A stretch of DNA of 64,000 nucleotides from Acidobacteriota bacterium (GTDB lineage Bacteria > Acidobacteriota > UBA890 > WLXD01): the NCBI GenBank assembly GCA_963666055.2, contig CAXWPH010000015.1, forward strand, positions 768,001-832,000. The letters are read 5' to 3'. Under the pieces are notes generated by a model. That model had not been told where the DNA came from, did not search any database, and saw only the letters and a list, made by a program, of their open reading frames with translations. Position numbers and translations under genes: made by a program. Every line of letters begins with the position of its first letter. Position 1 is the stretch's first letter. Positions 18,874 to 30,013 of this stretch are shown here, piece by piece.

Positions 18874-19644
18874 TGTGCTGGAGACTCCTCACGAGGTTGG
18901 TGGTCATCTTATCGGGCGGTGTTGGCGTACTGCTTAGCGCCTGTGCGCCAACCCCTCCTCCTGATGCGGAGACGGTGATCCTGGTCCACGGCCTGGGTCG
19001 CACGCCCGCGTCGATGTCGGTACTGAGTCTGCGTCTCAGGGGGGGGGGATTCCAGGTCGTCAACTTTGGCTACCCGTCGACCTCCGCAGAGATCGAGGAT
19101 CTGGTCGATACTCTCGAGGCGGCGGTCGCCTCCTGTTGTGAGGACCCGGCCGGCACCACGCACTTCGTGACTCACTCCCTGGGCGGTGTGCTTGTCCGGA
19201 GCTATCTCGCAGGCCGGGCGCCCGGGTTCGCTGGCCGTGTCGTGATGCTGAGTCCCTCCGAACCAGGGAAGCGAGTTCATTGACGCTTTCAACGACTCAC
19301 CGCTCCTTCGATCGCTCCTGGGCCCGGCCGGCGCTCGACTTGGCACCGACTCGAGTGGCATCGCTCAGGAGCTCGGGCCGATCGACTTCCGCCTCGGCAT
19401 CATCACAGGTGATCGAAGCATCAACCCGATCGGATCTTGGCTGATTCCCGGACCCGACGATGGCAAGGTCGGCGTCGACAGGGCGCGACTCGACGGAGCT
19501 GCAGACTTCCTCGTGGTCCCCGCTACGCACACCTTCATCATGAACCGCGGAGATGTAGCCGGAGAGATCGTACATTTCCTCACGCGGGGAACATTCATGA
19601 ATGAAGGCAATGGAGTGGGTGCACGAACAACTGGGGGCAGGTAG
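18873..19644 (+). CDS. Alpha/beta hydrolase (lipase-like), frameshift near 19255
   Basis: LVHGLGR, YPST, THSLGG, then PNQGSE...DDGKV...HTFIMN. Confidence 0.8.
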
Positions 19645-19780
19645 CCAAGATCCAGGGCTCCGACGGCTTGGACGGCGACGAGTTCGGCGTTGCGGTGGCG
19701 ATTTCGGGCGACACCGCCGTTGTCGGGGCTTTCCTGGTGGGCCTTGGACACGGCGCGGCGTATGTCTTTCAGGACCCCGT
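19631..19780 (+). pseudogene. FG-GAP repeat fragment
   Basis: WGQVAKIQGSDGLDGDEFGVAVAISGDTAVVGA...GAAYVF. Confidence 0.6.
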
Positions 19781-19841
19781 TGCGGCTAGGAACCGCCGCC
19801 GATGGCAGTGAACGGTGCGCCCTATGCGGTGCCGCAGGCGT

Positions 19842-19955
19842 CAATGAAGGTCATCACGATCCAGCGTCGTGTCGCGTGCTCGGTACACCTGCCCCATCCC
19901 GCCTTCACCGAGCGGGGCGAGGATCTCGTAGTGGCCGAGCGTCTTGCCGATCATC
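19842..19955 (-). pseudogene. Ser/Thr kinase N-terminal relic
   Basis: [33 protein letters not shown] then stop; start overlaps the stop of the upstream kinase. Confidence 0.8.
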
Positions 19956-22753
19956 AGGAGCCGCCCGTCGGCACGCGCTGCTTCAACTCCTCGAACCAAT
20001 TTAGGACCACGTTGAGTCGTGTGTTGGGTGCCGTTGCCTCAGTCTCATCACTACCAGCGGGCACCGTCACCAGGAACTTGTCGCCATCGGCGGTGACATC
20101 GAAGTTGCCAGTGCGACTTATGTCGATGTCCGAGACTTCGACAGGGTCGGATGCGGAAAACGACTCCACATCCACTTCCGCAACGAGGATGCCTGGACCT
20201 ACGCGGGATCGGTAGTAAATCTCCCTTCCATGCTGCGACCAGCGAGGGAAAAAACCACCACGGGGTACTCGTAGGCCGTCTTGTCTATCGTCGAAATGGC
20301 GCGCGACAGTGGGCACTGCACCGAACCGACGCAATCGAGACCGGAAATGTCCGACCGCTCGATACCTCCCGCACGTACACCTCATATTGCCCGGTCTCGT
20401 TTGACGAAAAGGCGAAAAAGCGACCGTCCGGCGAGAAACTGCCCCGTCGCTCATCGGCGGCGGTATCGGCGAGCATCTCCGGCTCCTGATCTGAATCGAG
20501 AGCCAGTAATCCCAAGTCGCGATTCGGGAAGACCCCGCTGTCAAACAGCAGCATCTCACCGTCGTCCGAGATCGATACTGGGGCCACGGGAGCCTCTGCA
20601 TCCAACACCAGCTCGGCGTCGAGACTCCGGTCAGCCCGGCGCTTCCAGATGTCGTTGTTGCCACCCCGATCCGACCTAAAGAAGACCCACTCTCCATCGG
20701 GCGACCAAACGGGCAATTGGTTGTTACCCTCCGTGGTCAGCAGCACCTGGCTGCCCCCTCGTTCGATCTCGTAGATCCAGATGTCCCAGTCCCCATCATC
20801 TCCCCGGATTTGGAGCGCGATGCGCTGGTCATCCGGCGAGAGGTCTAAGTACTGAGACCTACGCGGCTCGAAGGGCAGCGGCTCGATTTGGCCGTCACGT
20901 TCCACCCAGGCGAGTTGGAAAGCGCTCAAAGCGCTGCCACTTCTGATGTGATAGATGAGCATCCCGGTCTCGGAGAAGTCGAACGAGACCCCGCCTTGAG
21001 CGTTGGCGGCGAGGTTCTCGACGACGGGTATCGGCGGGCCGGTCGTCTCCAGGGTATCGAGGTCGAAGGGCACCGCGAACAACGCTCCAGCGTCTGAATA
21101 CACCAGATGGCCCGTCGGCACGTATCGGCCGTAGGTGCCGCCCTGGTGCACGACCTGGCGCTCGCCAACCTCGAGATCTACGACCTCGAGGTTGGCCCCG
21201 TCGAAGCCTCCGGTCCCGGCCGAAGTGAATAGCACGGCCTTGTCGCCGGGTAAGAACTGGGGCCAGCGGTGGCTGCGCTCGCCTTCGGAAAGCTCGGTGA
21301 GCGTTCCTGGCTCACCCTCGACAGCCGACACGACAAACAGGCCGCTGGTGCGGTTTGGTGTGAAGACGATCGTATCGTCGGGTCCCCAATCCGCACCTCG
21401 ACTCGCGTTCACCGGCGCGATCGACTGCGGGGTGCCTCCGGTTATGGACACCTTTTTCAGCTCCCTTGGGGTGACGAACCCTACCCACTGCCCGTCGGGC
21501 GAGAAGAATGGATGGTACGGCGAACCCTCGATGGTTGCCGACGACGCGAGTGTCGTCGAGTCCTCCTGGTCCAGAGCGCGAAGGTACAGCGCGCTTCCAT
21601 CGTTCGGGTCACCCTCGACGTAGGCAACGTGCCGTCCATCGGGCGATAGCACGACTGCGGAGCCGTTCCTACTCATGATCGTGTCGACGCGGGGGTCGAG
21701 CTGCACGCGGATGGTGCTTCCGGGCTCCTCGGGCTCCGGCTGCATTGCCCACCAGGTGGCAAGAACCGCCACCAGCATGAGCGCGGCAACCACAGGGGCG
21801 GCCAGCTTCAACGAGATGCCGCGAGCCGTTTCCACGGCGCTTGGAGCGATGGCCATCTCGCCGCTTCCAGTCAGGACCGCCACACCCGCTGCGATGTCAT
21901 CGTGGAGTTGGCGAAGGTCAGCTCCGAGATCGCCCGCTGTGTGGTAGCGACGGTTCACGTCCTTCGCCAGCGCCTTGTCGATGATCCATTCGAGCTTCAA
22001 CGGCAAATCATCACGGATCTCGTGAACCGCCTGCGGAGTCTTGCTGATGATCTGGCTGAGCGTCTCGTGAATGTTGCCGCCCGCAAACGCCCGCCGTCCT
22101 GTGACCATCTCGTAGAACACCGCACCAAAGGCAAACAGGTCGGCCCGATGGTCGATCTTGTCGGAGCCCTCAACCTGCTCCGGGGCCATGTAGCCGGCAG
22201 TACCCATCACCTGACCAGCAACCGTCCCCATCATCGTCGGTGACTGCGTTGCACCGCCCGGCGAGCCTGCCCCCGCCACCTCGGTGAGCTTCGCCAACCC
22301 GAAGTCCAGCACCTTGGCGTGGCCCTCCTTGGTGACGAAGATGTTCTCCGGCTTCAAATCCCGGTGGATGATCCCGGCGGCATGTGCCGCTGCCAGCGCC
22401 TCGGCAATCTCGGTGGCCAATCCGAGCGCCTTCTTGAGCGGTAGCGCACCCTTCTGTAGCGGCACCCGAAGCGTGTCTCCCTCCAGGTACTCCTGCACCA
22501 TGAAGTGGGTGCCGTCCTCGGTTCCGACATCGAAGACCGAGGCGATGTGAGGATGGTTCAGGGCGGCAGCAGCACGAGCCTCCTGCTCGAAGCGGGCGAG
22601 GCGCTCGGGGTCAGAGGAAAACTCGGCGGGCAGCACCTTGATGGCCACCTTGCGGCCCAGGCGTGTGTCCTGAGCCAGGTACACCTCTCCCATGCCGCCA
22701 GCACCGAGCTGCTCGGTGATCTCGTAGGGGCCTAGTTTGGTGCCTGGTTCCAT
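19954..22753 (-). CDS. Ser/Thr protein kinase-TM-TolB-like propeller, frame disrupted by 70-bp insert at 20263-20332
   Basis: [30 protein letters not shown]; SPDG repeats; C-terminus [10 protein letters not shown] in another frame. Confidence 0.9.
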
Positions 22754-22822
22754 CGCGCTACCGCAGTAGGGTGGATGAGCGCCTGAAGCCTATCGCCGGA
22801 GCGTGCGAGGGTCCAAGGGAGA
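22741..22822 (-). promoter_or_regulatory. Kinase promoter/5' region, duplicated at 28511-28592
   Basis: 69/82 identity between copies; TTGGAC-N18-TAGGCT sigma70-like. Confidence 0.6.
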
Positions 22823-23021
22823 CGCCGGAATGCCGCCGCTCAGCGCCTTTCTAACGTCCACCGTAGCCCAGCCCACCCCAAGTGCCGGTCAGGTTGTCGG
22901 CGGCCCGTAGCGGGGCCTTCTCGGGGCTCCTAAACAGACATATGACTGGTGTCTGTCCCGGCACTACGGACGAGCGGAATCGAAGGTCGCTGGGCGCTTC
23001 GCGAGACTCGGCTGAGCGCGC

Positions 23022-23099
23022 TACGGGTCCGTCGGCACGAGCCGCTCTAGCTCGTCGAACCAGTTGAGGACGGCGTTCAGCTCGTTACTGGGGCCATCG
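23022..23099 (-). pseudogene. Ser/Thr kinase-propeller C-terminal relic
   Basis: DGPSNELNAVLNWFDELERLVPTDP*, paralogous to [19 protein letters not shown]. Confidence 0.7.
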
Positions 23100-23103
23100 C
23101 CGA

Positions 23104-26100
23104 CTACCAGTTGAGCGATCGGGTGACCTTCAGAGTCAGTGAGCGGTCGTGGCGGCCGAACCGGAAGCCGTCATATTCACCCGCTTGGCGATAGACAAGA
23201 TAGATGTCGTCGCCGACGCGATAGATGTAGCGCAGCCGCGCGAAGATCGACAGCGAGTCCGACTGACTGTTGTACTGAACCATAGCGTCGGTGAGCCACC
23301 GGTCAGAAAAGCTGTAGTTGGCGTCGGCATTGAGCACGTTGGTCGTGAAGCTCCCCCCGGGCAGCTCGACCCGGTTGTAGCTGAAGCTCGGCGAGATGCG
23401 GAACCGCTCGTTGAACCTGAACGATACACGCGGCTCGATGGTGACGACATCGCCGTCGTAGATCTCACCGATGCGCCCGCTGACGCTGGCGCTAAATGCG
23501 CGGCCGCCATACGTGGACAGGAAGAAGAACAAGTAGCGGAAGTCGTAATCCCCGGGCGGGATGGTCACGTCTGGATGGATCTGGAAGGGGAGGTCCAGTC
23601 GATCGAAGTTATCGACGAAGAAGGTGCCGAAACTGTCCCCAGACTCGAGGTTGATGACCGACGCCACCCACCGCTGCCCGCTGACCAACGTGCCGGATGT
23701 GTCGTGGAAGGTCGTGTCGGCGACGTTGAAGTTCACCTGCCGGAGCCATGGAACGCTCGGTCGAGGCTTCCACGAGCCCCGGTAGGCTCGACGAATGATG
23801 TCCTCCCGCAGGACGAAGCCCAGATCGCTTCGGAAGTCGGGGTCGATGCGCATCACGTCGAAGCTGGCCTCCCACAGGTCGCTCTCCCACCCCACCCGGA
23901 ACTGGCCGGCGAGCTTACCTTCGTCGAGCTCGTCGTCGGTAGCACGGGCGCCGAACGCCGAGATGTTGAGGTTATCGAAGAACGTGAAGTTGGCGTCGGC
24001 TGCGACGACCGTGTTGATGGCGCCGTCGGGCCTCTGGACGTTGGTCACCAAGGCTCCGACGCTGGAACGGGCCAGTACGTCCTGTCGCCAGCGAAACGCG
24101 CTGTAGTTGTGTCCGCCGCCGATCGTTGCGTCGCTGGTCTGCACGTGCAACAGGCCGAGGTTGCCGGCACCGACCTTGCCGGTCACCCGACCGCCAAAGT
24201 CGATCGGAATCGGCACGCCGTCATCCGACAGCCCGATGTTGCGCGAGTGGAAGAGATTTAGAATAGGCGGGTCGGAAGTGTCGAAGCCGCTGCGCTGCTG
24301 GCCGAAGCTGAAGTTGTTGGCGGCCTCGAGGAAGAAGTCGCGCTTTTCCGGAAAGAACAGCGAGAAGCGCGTCAGGTTCACGCGCTGCTGATCGAGCTCG
24401 ACCTGGGCGAAATCGGTCTTGTAGGTGAGATCGGCCGTGAGGTTCGAGGTCAGTTGCACCTTGAACACGTCGATGCCGAGTTGGTTGGTGACGTCGGATT
24501 GCCGTCCGGGGTCCTGGAACACCGACGTCGCGCCGCCCAGGAAATACGGCTTGAGGCGGAAGCGCTGCGTGACCGAAAGGTTCTCAAAGCCGCGCAGGTC
24601 ACCGGCCTGCGAGACGGCGATGAACTCGTAATCGCGTCGGTAATTGCTCCATATCGCCTGTTCGTTCTTGCGCCGGATCTGCCGTTCGAAGTCGACTCCC
24701 CAGTCGGCAACGCCGGAGGAGAACCTCAGGATCGATAGCGGGATCACGAGCTCGGCCTCCCAGCCGCGCGCGGTGATTTGCGCAGCCGCGCGCCACGCCT
24801 CGTCCCAGTCGGTATTGAGCTCGCTCTCGTTCCTGATCAGCGCATCGTGCCGGGTGCCCAGTGCGTTGACCGTGAACTGAAAGGCGCTGCGGCCGTCGTG
24901 GAAGGTGTCGAACAGGATGGTGAAGGTGTCGTCGGACCCCCCCCCTGCGTCCACCGAGCTCGTCGCGTCGCAACTCGGTCGCGAGGATGGCGCCCGGGTT
25001 GCTGTCGTAGGCGATGACGCCGACGTAGACGTTCTTGTCGTCGTAGAGAATGCGCACCTCGGTGCGCTCGGTTGCGGGCTGTCCCTCGTTGGGCTCACGC
25101 TGAAGAAAGTCGCTGGCGACGTCGGCGCCATCCCAGCTGGCCTCGTTCACCAGCCCGTCGAGCACCGGTACTTCCGGCGCGCGCCCGACCACCATGCTGG
25201 GTGCGACGCCGGGGGCTCGTATGGTGCGCGGCGCTGCCGGCACCTCGGTCGTAGCGGCGGCACCAGGCGTTCTCGGCGGCGGGTTGGCGGTTCCAGACAG
25301 CTCCGGCGGCGCGAGCGGCACGACGACGATCTGCACACGGCCCGAGGAACCACGTCTCGATGGTGTCACCATCTTGAAGTCCTCGATGCCGAACGCGGCA
25401 GAGCTCTCCGAGATCGGCACCTCCCGCTGCTGGAAGGAATCGTATCCACCGAGCACATAGGGCTTGAGGCGAAAGCGCCCCGTTAATCGCAGGTCTACCA
25501 GGCCCTGCAACTGGCCCGCCTGGGAGATCGTCGTGAACTCGTAGTCCTGGCCGTAGTTGCTCCAGACGACCTCCTCGTTCTTGCGACGAATCTGGCGCCG
25601 AAAGTCGATCCCCCATATCGGATTGCCCTGCGCATAACGCAAGCTGGCCCAGGGAATGCTCATCTCGGCCTCCCATCCCCGGTCGGTGATCTGGGCTGCC
25701 GCCTCCCAGCGCTCATCCCAATCCTGATTGACCTCGCGCTCGTTTCGCACCGTCGCATCGCTGCGCGTACCCAACGCGTTGACGGTGAACACGAAGGCGT
25801 TGCGATGATCGTGAAAGGTGTCCAGGATCACGCTGACGGTGTCGTCGGATAGTCCGGCCGCTGCGGCTCCGGCACCGCCCCCACCCGTACCTCTGCCCGG
25901 CCGCCGGGTGCGAAGCCGGAGGCTGTCGCGTCGCAGTTGGGTGGCGCGAATCCCGCTCGGGTCGCTATCGAAGAGAACGAACCCGAAGTAGAGGTTGTCG
26001 TCGTCGTAGAGGATGCGAACCTCGGTTCTCTCGGATGCCGGCGCTCCCTCGATCGGCTCCCGCTGACGGAATTCGGAGGCCGCGATCGCTTCGGTCCAGA

Positions 26101-26296
26101 CCTGGTCGTCGAGGCGACCGTCGAGCGTCGGCGCGACGGTTACCCGGGTTGCAGCGATGGACTTCTCCAGGTCAACGGTGCCCGGCACCTGTACCCCCGC
26201 CGCGACCCCTCCATCGGCTGCCTGGGCCATTGGGATCCACGCTGCCGGCAGCAGCGCACAGGTCGCCACCAACAGGCGCGCGAGGCGCGTAGGCAC
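23104..26296 (-). CDS. CBM9-like/DUF5916 outer-membrane protein; two paralogues fused by deletion, frameshift in C-run near 24940
   Basis: Two copies of LDG..W..F.QREP..ERTEVRILYD..DTFHD..WD..W; one NLTRFSLFFPEKRDFFLE barrel region. Confidence 0.78.
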
Positions 26297-26562
26297 AGCA
26301 CCGCCGTGTTCCAAGGGGCCTGTTGTCACGGGCGCTCCAATCTCTGGAGATCCACAATTGCTTTCGGTAAGCAGATCCCCCGAAGCGGTATTCTTACCAG
26401 ATCGCCGCACGCTGACCAGTCCACACAGGTCCTTGCTACCGGCCGGCGCTCGCTAGTTGGCTTCCACTACGTGGAGCGTCAACGACCGGACCGCCTGCTC
26501 GTCGGCGATCGTATCTATGATCTACAACTCGACCAGGTACTCATCGAGGTCGAGATACGTCA

Positions 26563-28380
26563 TCACTTCAACGAGTCGAGAAACGCCATGATCTTCAGCA
26601 TCTCGTCGAGGGTGATGCGGCCGGCGGCGGGCTGCATCGCGCCCACCCCGCCGGCGTAGATCACCTCGAACATCCCGACGTCCGTGGAGACGCGCGCGTG
26701 AGTGTATTGATCGTCGACGAGGCTCGACCCGATGCGGCCGGTACCATCCTCCAGGTGACAGGAGGCGCACTCCTGGAGATAGGTCGTCCTTCCCTCGCCG
26801 ACGGCCGTCGCATTCCCGTTGTAGGGATTCAGCCCGGAATCCCGGAACTGCCGGACCGTCGCGGACAGGCTTGCCTCCGGCTCGCTGTTGAAATCCAGCG
26901 GCGTGTCATCCAAGGCGTTCCGAAACACCAGGGGACCGCCGCCCGCCACTGCGCCCGTCGAATCCCCGGTGACCACTCTTGCGACCTCGGTGCCGGGCCC
27001 GACTTCGCTCGAAGGGACGATGCGCCAGAGCGAGCCCGGCGGATTCGCGGCGGGACCGCGGTCCGACGTGTAGAAGCAGTTGCAGTTGACGGCGAGGACG
27101 AACCCGTCTTCGTCATAGCCGCCGGCGGTGAACTGCAGGTTCGTCTGCAGGAGCTCCTCCAGCTGCCAACGCGCGCCGTCCCATCCAAGACCGAAGAGCC
27201 GCCCCGAGCACCAGTCCCCTACCAGATAGACGCCGTTCATTCCGCCGTAATTCGCCACCCCCAGTCCCTGCACCGAGCAGCCAAAGCCTCCCGTGAGCGG
27301 CGCTGCGCCCGGGTAAGGGACTTCGTGCGGATACTCCGCTGCCGGCAGCAATCCCACCTGCGGGCATTGGTCGGAAGGGCCCGTCATTGGGTAGCACTTC
27401 GTTCCGTTCATCCTCGGCCAGCCGTAGTTTTCTCCTCCACGGCTCGCTGAGGGCTGGAAGATGATTTCCTCCCAGTGGTTCTGTCCGACGTCGGCGATGT
27501 ACAGATCGCCCGTCTTCAGGTCGAAGGAAAACTCGTAAGGATTGCGCACGCCGTAAGCCCAGATTTCCGGGCGCGACCTCGTCTTGATCTTCGAGAAATC
27601 GAGCTCCGAAATTCCGAAAAGCTGCATCAGCCGCTCGTCACTGGCGCTGGCTAGGGGGTTCGTCTCGGGAATTCTGTAGGGGATGCGATCGTTGTCGGAG
27701 GTGTCGACGTCGATCCTGATCATCTTGCCGAGCAGCGTCGAGAGATCCTGCCCAGCCTCCAGTGGATCACCTTCCCAACCGCCGTCCCCGGACCCGATGT
27801 AGAGATAGCCGTCGGGACCGAACTCGATCTGCCCGCCGTTGTGGTTGTAGTAGGGCTGCTCGATCCGCATCAGGACCTTCGCGGTCTGGCGTGTGCGCTC
27901 CGCCGTCACGATGTCCGGGCTCTCGGGGTCGACCTGGAAACGCACGATCATCCCGTCTCCGTTGAACGGCAGCGACGCGTAGTGCGCATAGAAATACCCG
28001 TTCTCCCTGAAACTGGGATGGAACGCGATCGCGTAAAGCCCCTGCTCGACGAAGCCCGTTTGCACGTCGCTCCCCAGGGGATTGATGTTGGTGAGATCGA
28101 GAAACGGCTCCTTCTGCACTCGCCCGTCCCGGTGGACGATCCGGACCCGGCCGGCGCGCTCGACCACGAAGATCCGGCCGGTGCCGTCCCCGGCGCTGGC
28201 AACATTGGTCGGATCCCGAAAGCCGTCCGCGATCTTGACGAGCGAGATCTGGACGTTGCCCGGCAGCTTCCCTCCGGGCCGGGCGACCTGCCCGGGCGTC
28301 GCGGGCATGCGGGGCTGCTGCGCCACAACGGCAGAAACCGGCAAAAGAAGTATCACGGTCAGGATCCGAATCGTCTTCAT
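26563..28380 (-). CDS. PQQ-dependent sugar dehydrogenase (GSDH) fused to C-terminal cytochrome c
   Basis: HNGGQIEFGPDGYLYIGSGDGG, WAYGVRNP, DVGQNHWEE; CASCH heme motif. Confidence 0.88.
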   Translation of the reverse strand: MKTIRILTVILLLPVSAVVAQQPRMPATPGQVARPGGKLPGNVQISLVKIADGFRDPTNVASAGDGTGRIFVVERAGRVRIVHRDGRVQKEPFLDLTNINPLGSDVQTGFVEQGLYAIAFHPSFRENGYFYAHYASLPFNGDGMIVRFQVDPESPDIVTAERTRQTAKVLMRIEQPYYNHNGGQIEFGPDGYLYIGSGDGGWEGDPLEAGQDLSTLLGKMIRIDVDTSDNDRIPYRIPETNPLASASDERLMQLFGISELDFSKIKTRSRPEIWAYGVRNPYEFSFDLKTGDLYIADVGQNHWEEIIFQPSASRGGENYGWPRMNGTKCYPMTGPSDQCPQVGLLPAAEYPHEVPYPGAAPLTGGFGCSVQGLGVANYGGMNGVYLVGDWCSGRLFGLGWDGARWQLEELLQTNLQFTAGGYDEDGFVLAVNCNCFYTSDRGPAANPPGSLWRIVPSSEVGPGTEVARVVTGDSTGAVAGGGPLVFRNALDDTPLDFNSEPEASLSATVRQFRDSGLNPYNGNATAVGEGRTTYLQECASCHLEDGTGRIGSSLVDDQYTHARVSTDVGMFEVIYAGGVGAMQPAAGRITLDEMLKIMAFLDSLK

Positions 28381-28395
28381 AGTCACCTCGTTGTT

Positions 28396-28507
28396 CTCCG
28401 GTGGACGGCGGTCACGAACCTACTCGGAGCCGGCGTACCAGGCACCGTGGCGATGAAGATCACAGGGCACAAGACGCGAAACGTCTTCGACAGGTGCGCG
28501 ATCGCGA
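28396..28507 (+). pseudogene. Tyrosine recombinase (phage integrase) C-terminal relic
   Basis: LRWTAVTNLLGAGVPGTVAMKITGHKTRNVFDRC: box II pattern with catalytic Tyr replaced by Cys. Confidence 0.7.
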
Positions 28508-28510
28508 AGG

Positions 28511-28592
28511 TACCGGGTTCCATGGCGCTCCCGAGGCAGGGTGGGTGAGCGCCTGAAGCCTATCGTTGGAGCTTGCGTGGATCCAAGGGAGA
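28511..28592 (-). repeat. Duplicate kinase promoter plus MEPGT start relic
   Basis: ATG GAA CCC GGT ACC at 28523 with upstream region matching 22741-22822. Confidence 0.75.
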
Positions 28593-28739
28593 AGCGAGGA
28601 CGGCGAGCAACACTCGGCCCAGGGCGCACGGACCTGCGGCGAGACAGTAGCCAGCTGAGTCAACCGGGCTCCAGGCCCCGACTCGTCGCAACCAGGCGCA
28701 CCAGACTTCCCCCACGGCCTGCTAGCCAGGATCGGCAGC

Positions 28740-29693
28740 CTACTCCGACGCCGAGTGCGCCATGCTCGCAGCCACCAGGTCGGTTAATGCCTGGCCGATG
28801 GCTTTGAATACGGTGATCTCTTTGTCGTCGGTTCGCAGCGTGGCCTTGCCCGAACACATTTCGGACAGCTCGGCAACAACGTCTCCCTTCGTGAAGACGC
28901 CCTCTTGGATGGGCACCAGAATCTCACCGGCTTCCTTGAAGGCGTTGACGTAGCTGTCCACGTAAACGCGGCTCTTGGTGATCACTTCGGTGTCACATTC
29001 CCGCTTGTCGGCGTGGTGGTTGCCGATGAAATCTAGGTGCGTGCCGTCTTTGATCCAGGCACCCCTGACCAAGATGTCGGGAGAAGAGGTGGCGCTAACG
29101 ATGATGTCGGCTTCGCCGCAGGCGGCCTCGAGATCCGTGATGACGGAGAAATCGATGTCGGGCAGCTCTGCCGACGCTCGTGCGACGAGAGCTTCGGCAT
29201 CAGCCACCGGGGGCATGCCATCGGGGTTTCCCCAGACCATGATTTTCTCGAGGGGTCGCACCGAGGCATTGGCCCGGATCATGTAGGTAGACAGGTTGCC
29301 GGTGCCCAATAGCAACATGGTGGAAGAGTCCTCACGACTCAGCAACCGTGTGGCCAAGCCCGAAACGCCGCCGGTGCGCCAGAAGGTACACGTGGCGCCG
29401 TCCACTAGTGCCAAAGGCTCGCCGTGGGGCCGGTCGAAGATCATGATCTTGGAGTAGAGAAGATCGTAAGGCGGCGAGTTGCTGGGGAAATAGGTGAACG
29501 CCTTGATGGCGATGATCTTGTCGTTCCAGGCGGGCAGCAACGCAAAGGCGTCGAAGTTGTCGTCGGCGTCATCGAGCAAGAAGACCTGGCGCGGCGGCTG
29601 CTTGTAGTCCTTGCCGAAAGCGTCTTGTAGAGCGTCGACCAACTCGGGATAGCTGAGTGCGGCGTGTACCTGGTCCGCGCTGATGATCTTCAT
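28740..29693 (-). CDS. Ornithine cyclodeaminase/mu-crystallin family protein
   Basis: LVDGATCTFWRT, LLGTG, ADIIVSAT, GTHLDFIG, EITVFKAIG. Confidence 0.9.
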   Translation of the reverse strand: MKIISADQVHAALSYPELVDALQDAFGKDYKQPPRQVFLLDDADDNFDAFALLPAWNDKIIAIKAFTYFPSNSPPYDLLYSKIMIFDRPHGEPLALVDGATCTFWRTGGVSGLATRLLSREDSSTMLLLGTGNLSTYMIRANASVRPLEKIMVWGNPDGMPPVADAEALVARASAELPDIDFSVITDLEAACGEADIIVSATSSPDILVRGAWIKDGTHLDFIGNHHADKRECDTEVITKSRVYVDSYVNAFKEAGEILVPIQEGVFTKGDVVAELSEMCSGKATLRTDDKEITVFKAIGQALTDLVAASMAHSASE

Positions 29694-29938
29694 GTTGCGA
29701 GCCTCTGCTGAGAGTTGTTGTGAGTGCGATTTCGTCAGGCAGCATCGAGCGCTAGCCCAGGGTTCAATCCCGATCGAGATACTGTCAAGTTAGCTCGCAA
29801 TCGGCAACAAGCGTGTGATCGCTGAATCCCGAGGTACTTGACGTGCGGGCAGCGACGGCAAACTCACCAGCGGCACGCGAAGGCCGCTCGTGTCCTCCAG
29901 TAACTCACCAGGGAGATCGATTTTGCTTTCGCTAAAGT

Positions 29939-29961
29939 AACTAATTGTATCTAATACTAGC
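29939..29961 (+). promoter_or_regulatory. AT-rich motif upstream of pilX-like gene
   Basis: AACTAATTGTATCTAATACTAGC, 52 nt before ATG 30014. Confidence 0.45.
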
Positions 29962-30013
29962 CAAAGAGAACGTAAAAAACGTTGAGACAACCAATAATGT
30001 TTTTAAAACTCGC

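Larger units (their letters stand above)
5254..19644 (+). mobile_element. Integron gene-cassette array without integrase in window (CALIN), decaying
   Basis: Co-oriented short genes separated by attC sites (RYYYAAC...GTTRRRY hairpins); no intI seen. Confidence 0.88.

Noticed and set aside
28396-28507. Tyrosine-recombinase relic as the missing integron integrase
   Set aside because: Resembles phage-type integrases (TGHKT..VFDRY), not IntI (LLGH.DV.TT.IYTH), and lies 9 kb beyond the distal end of the array
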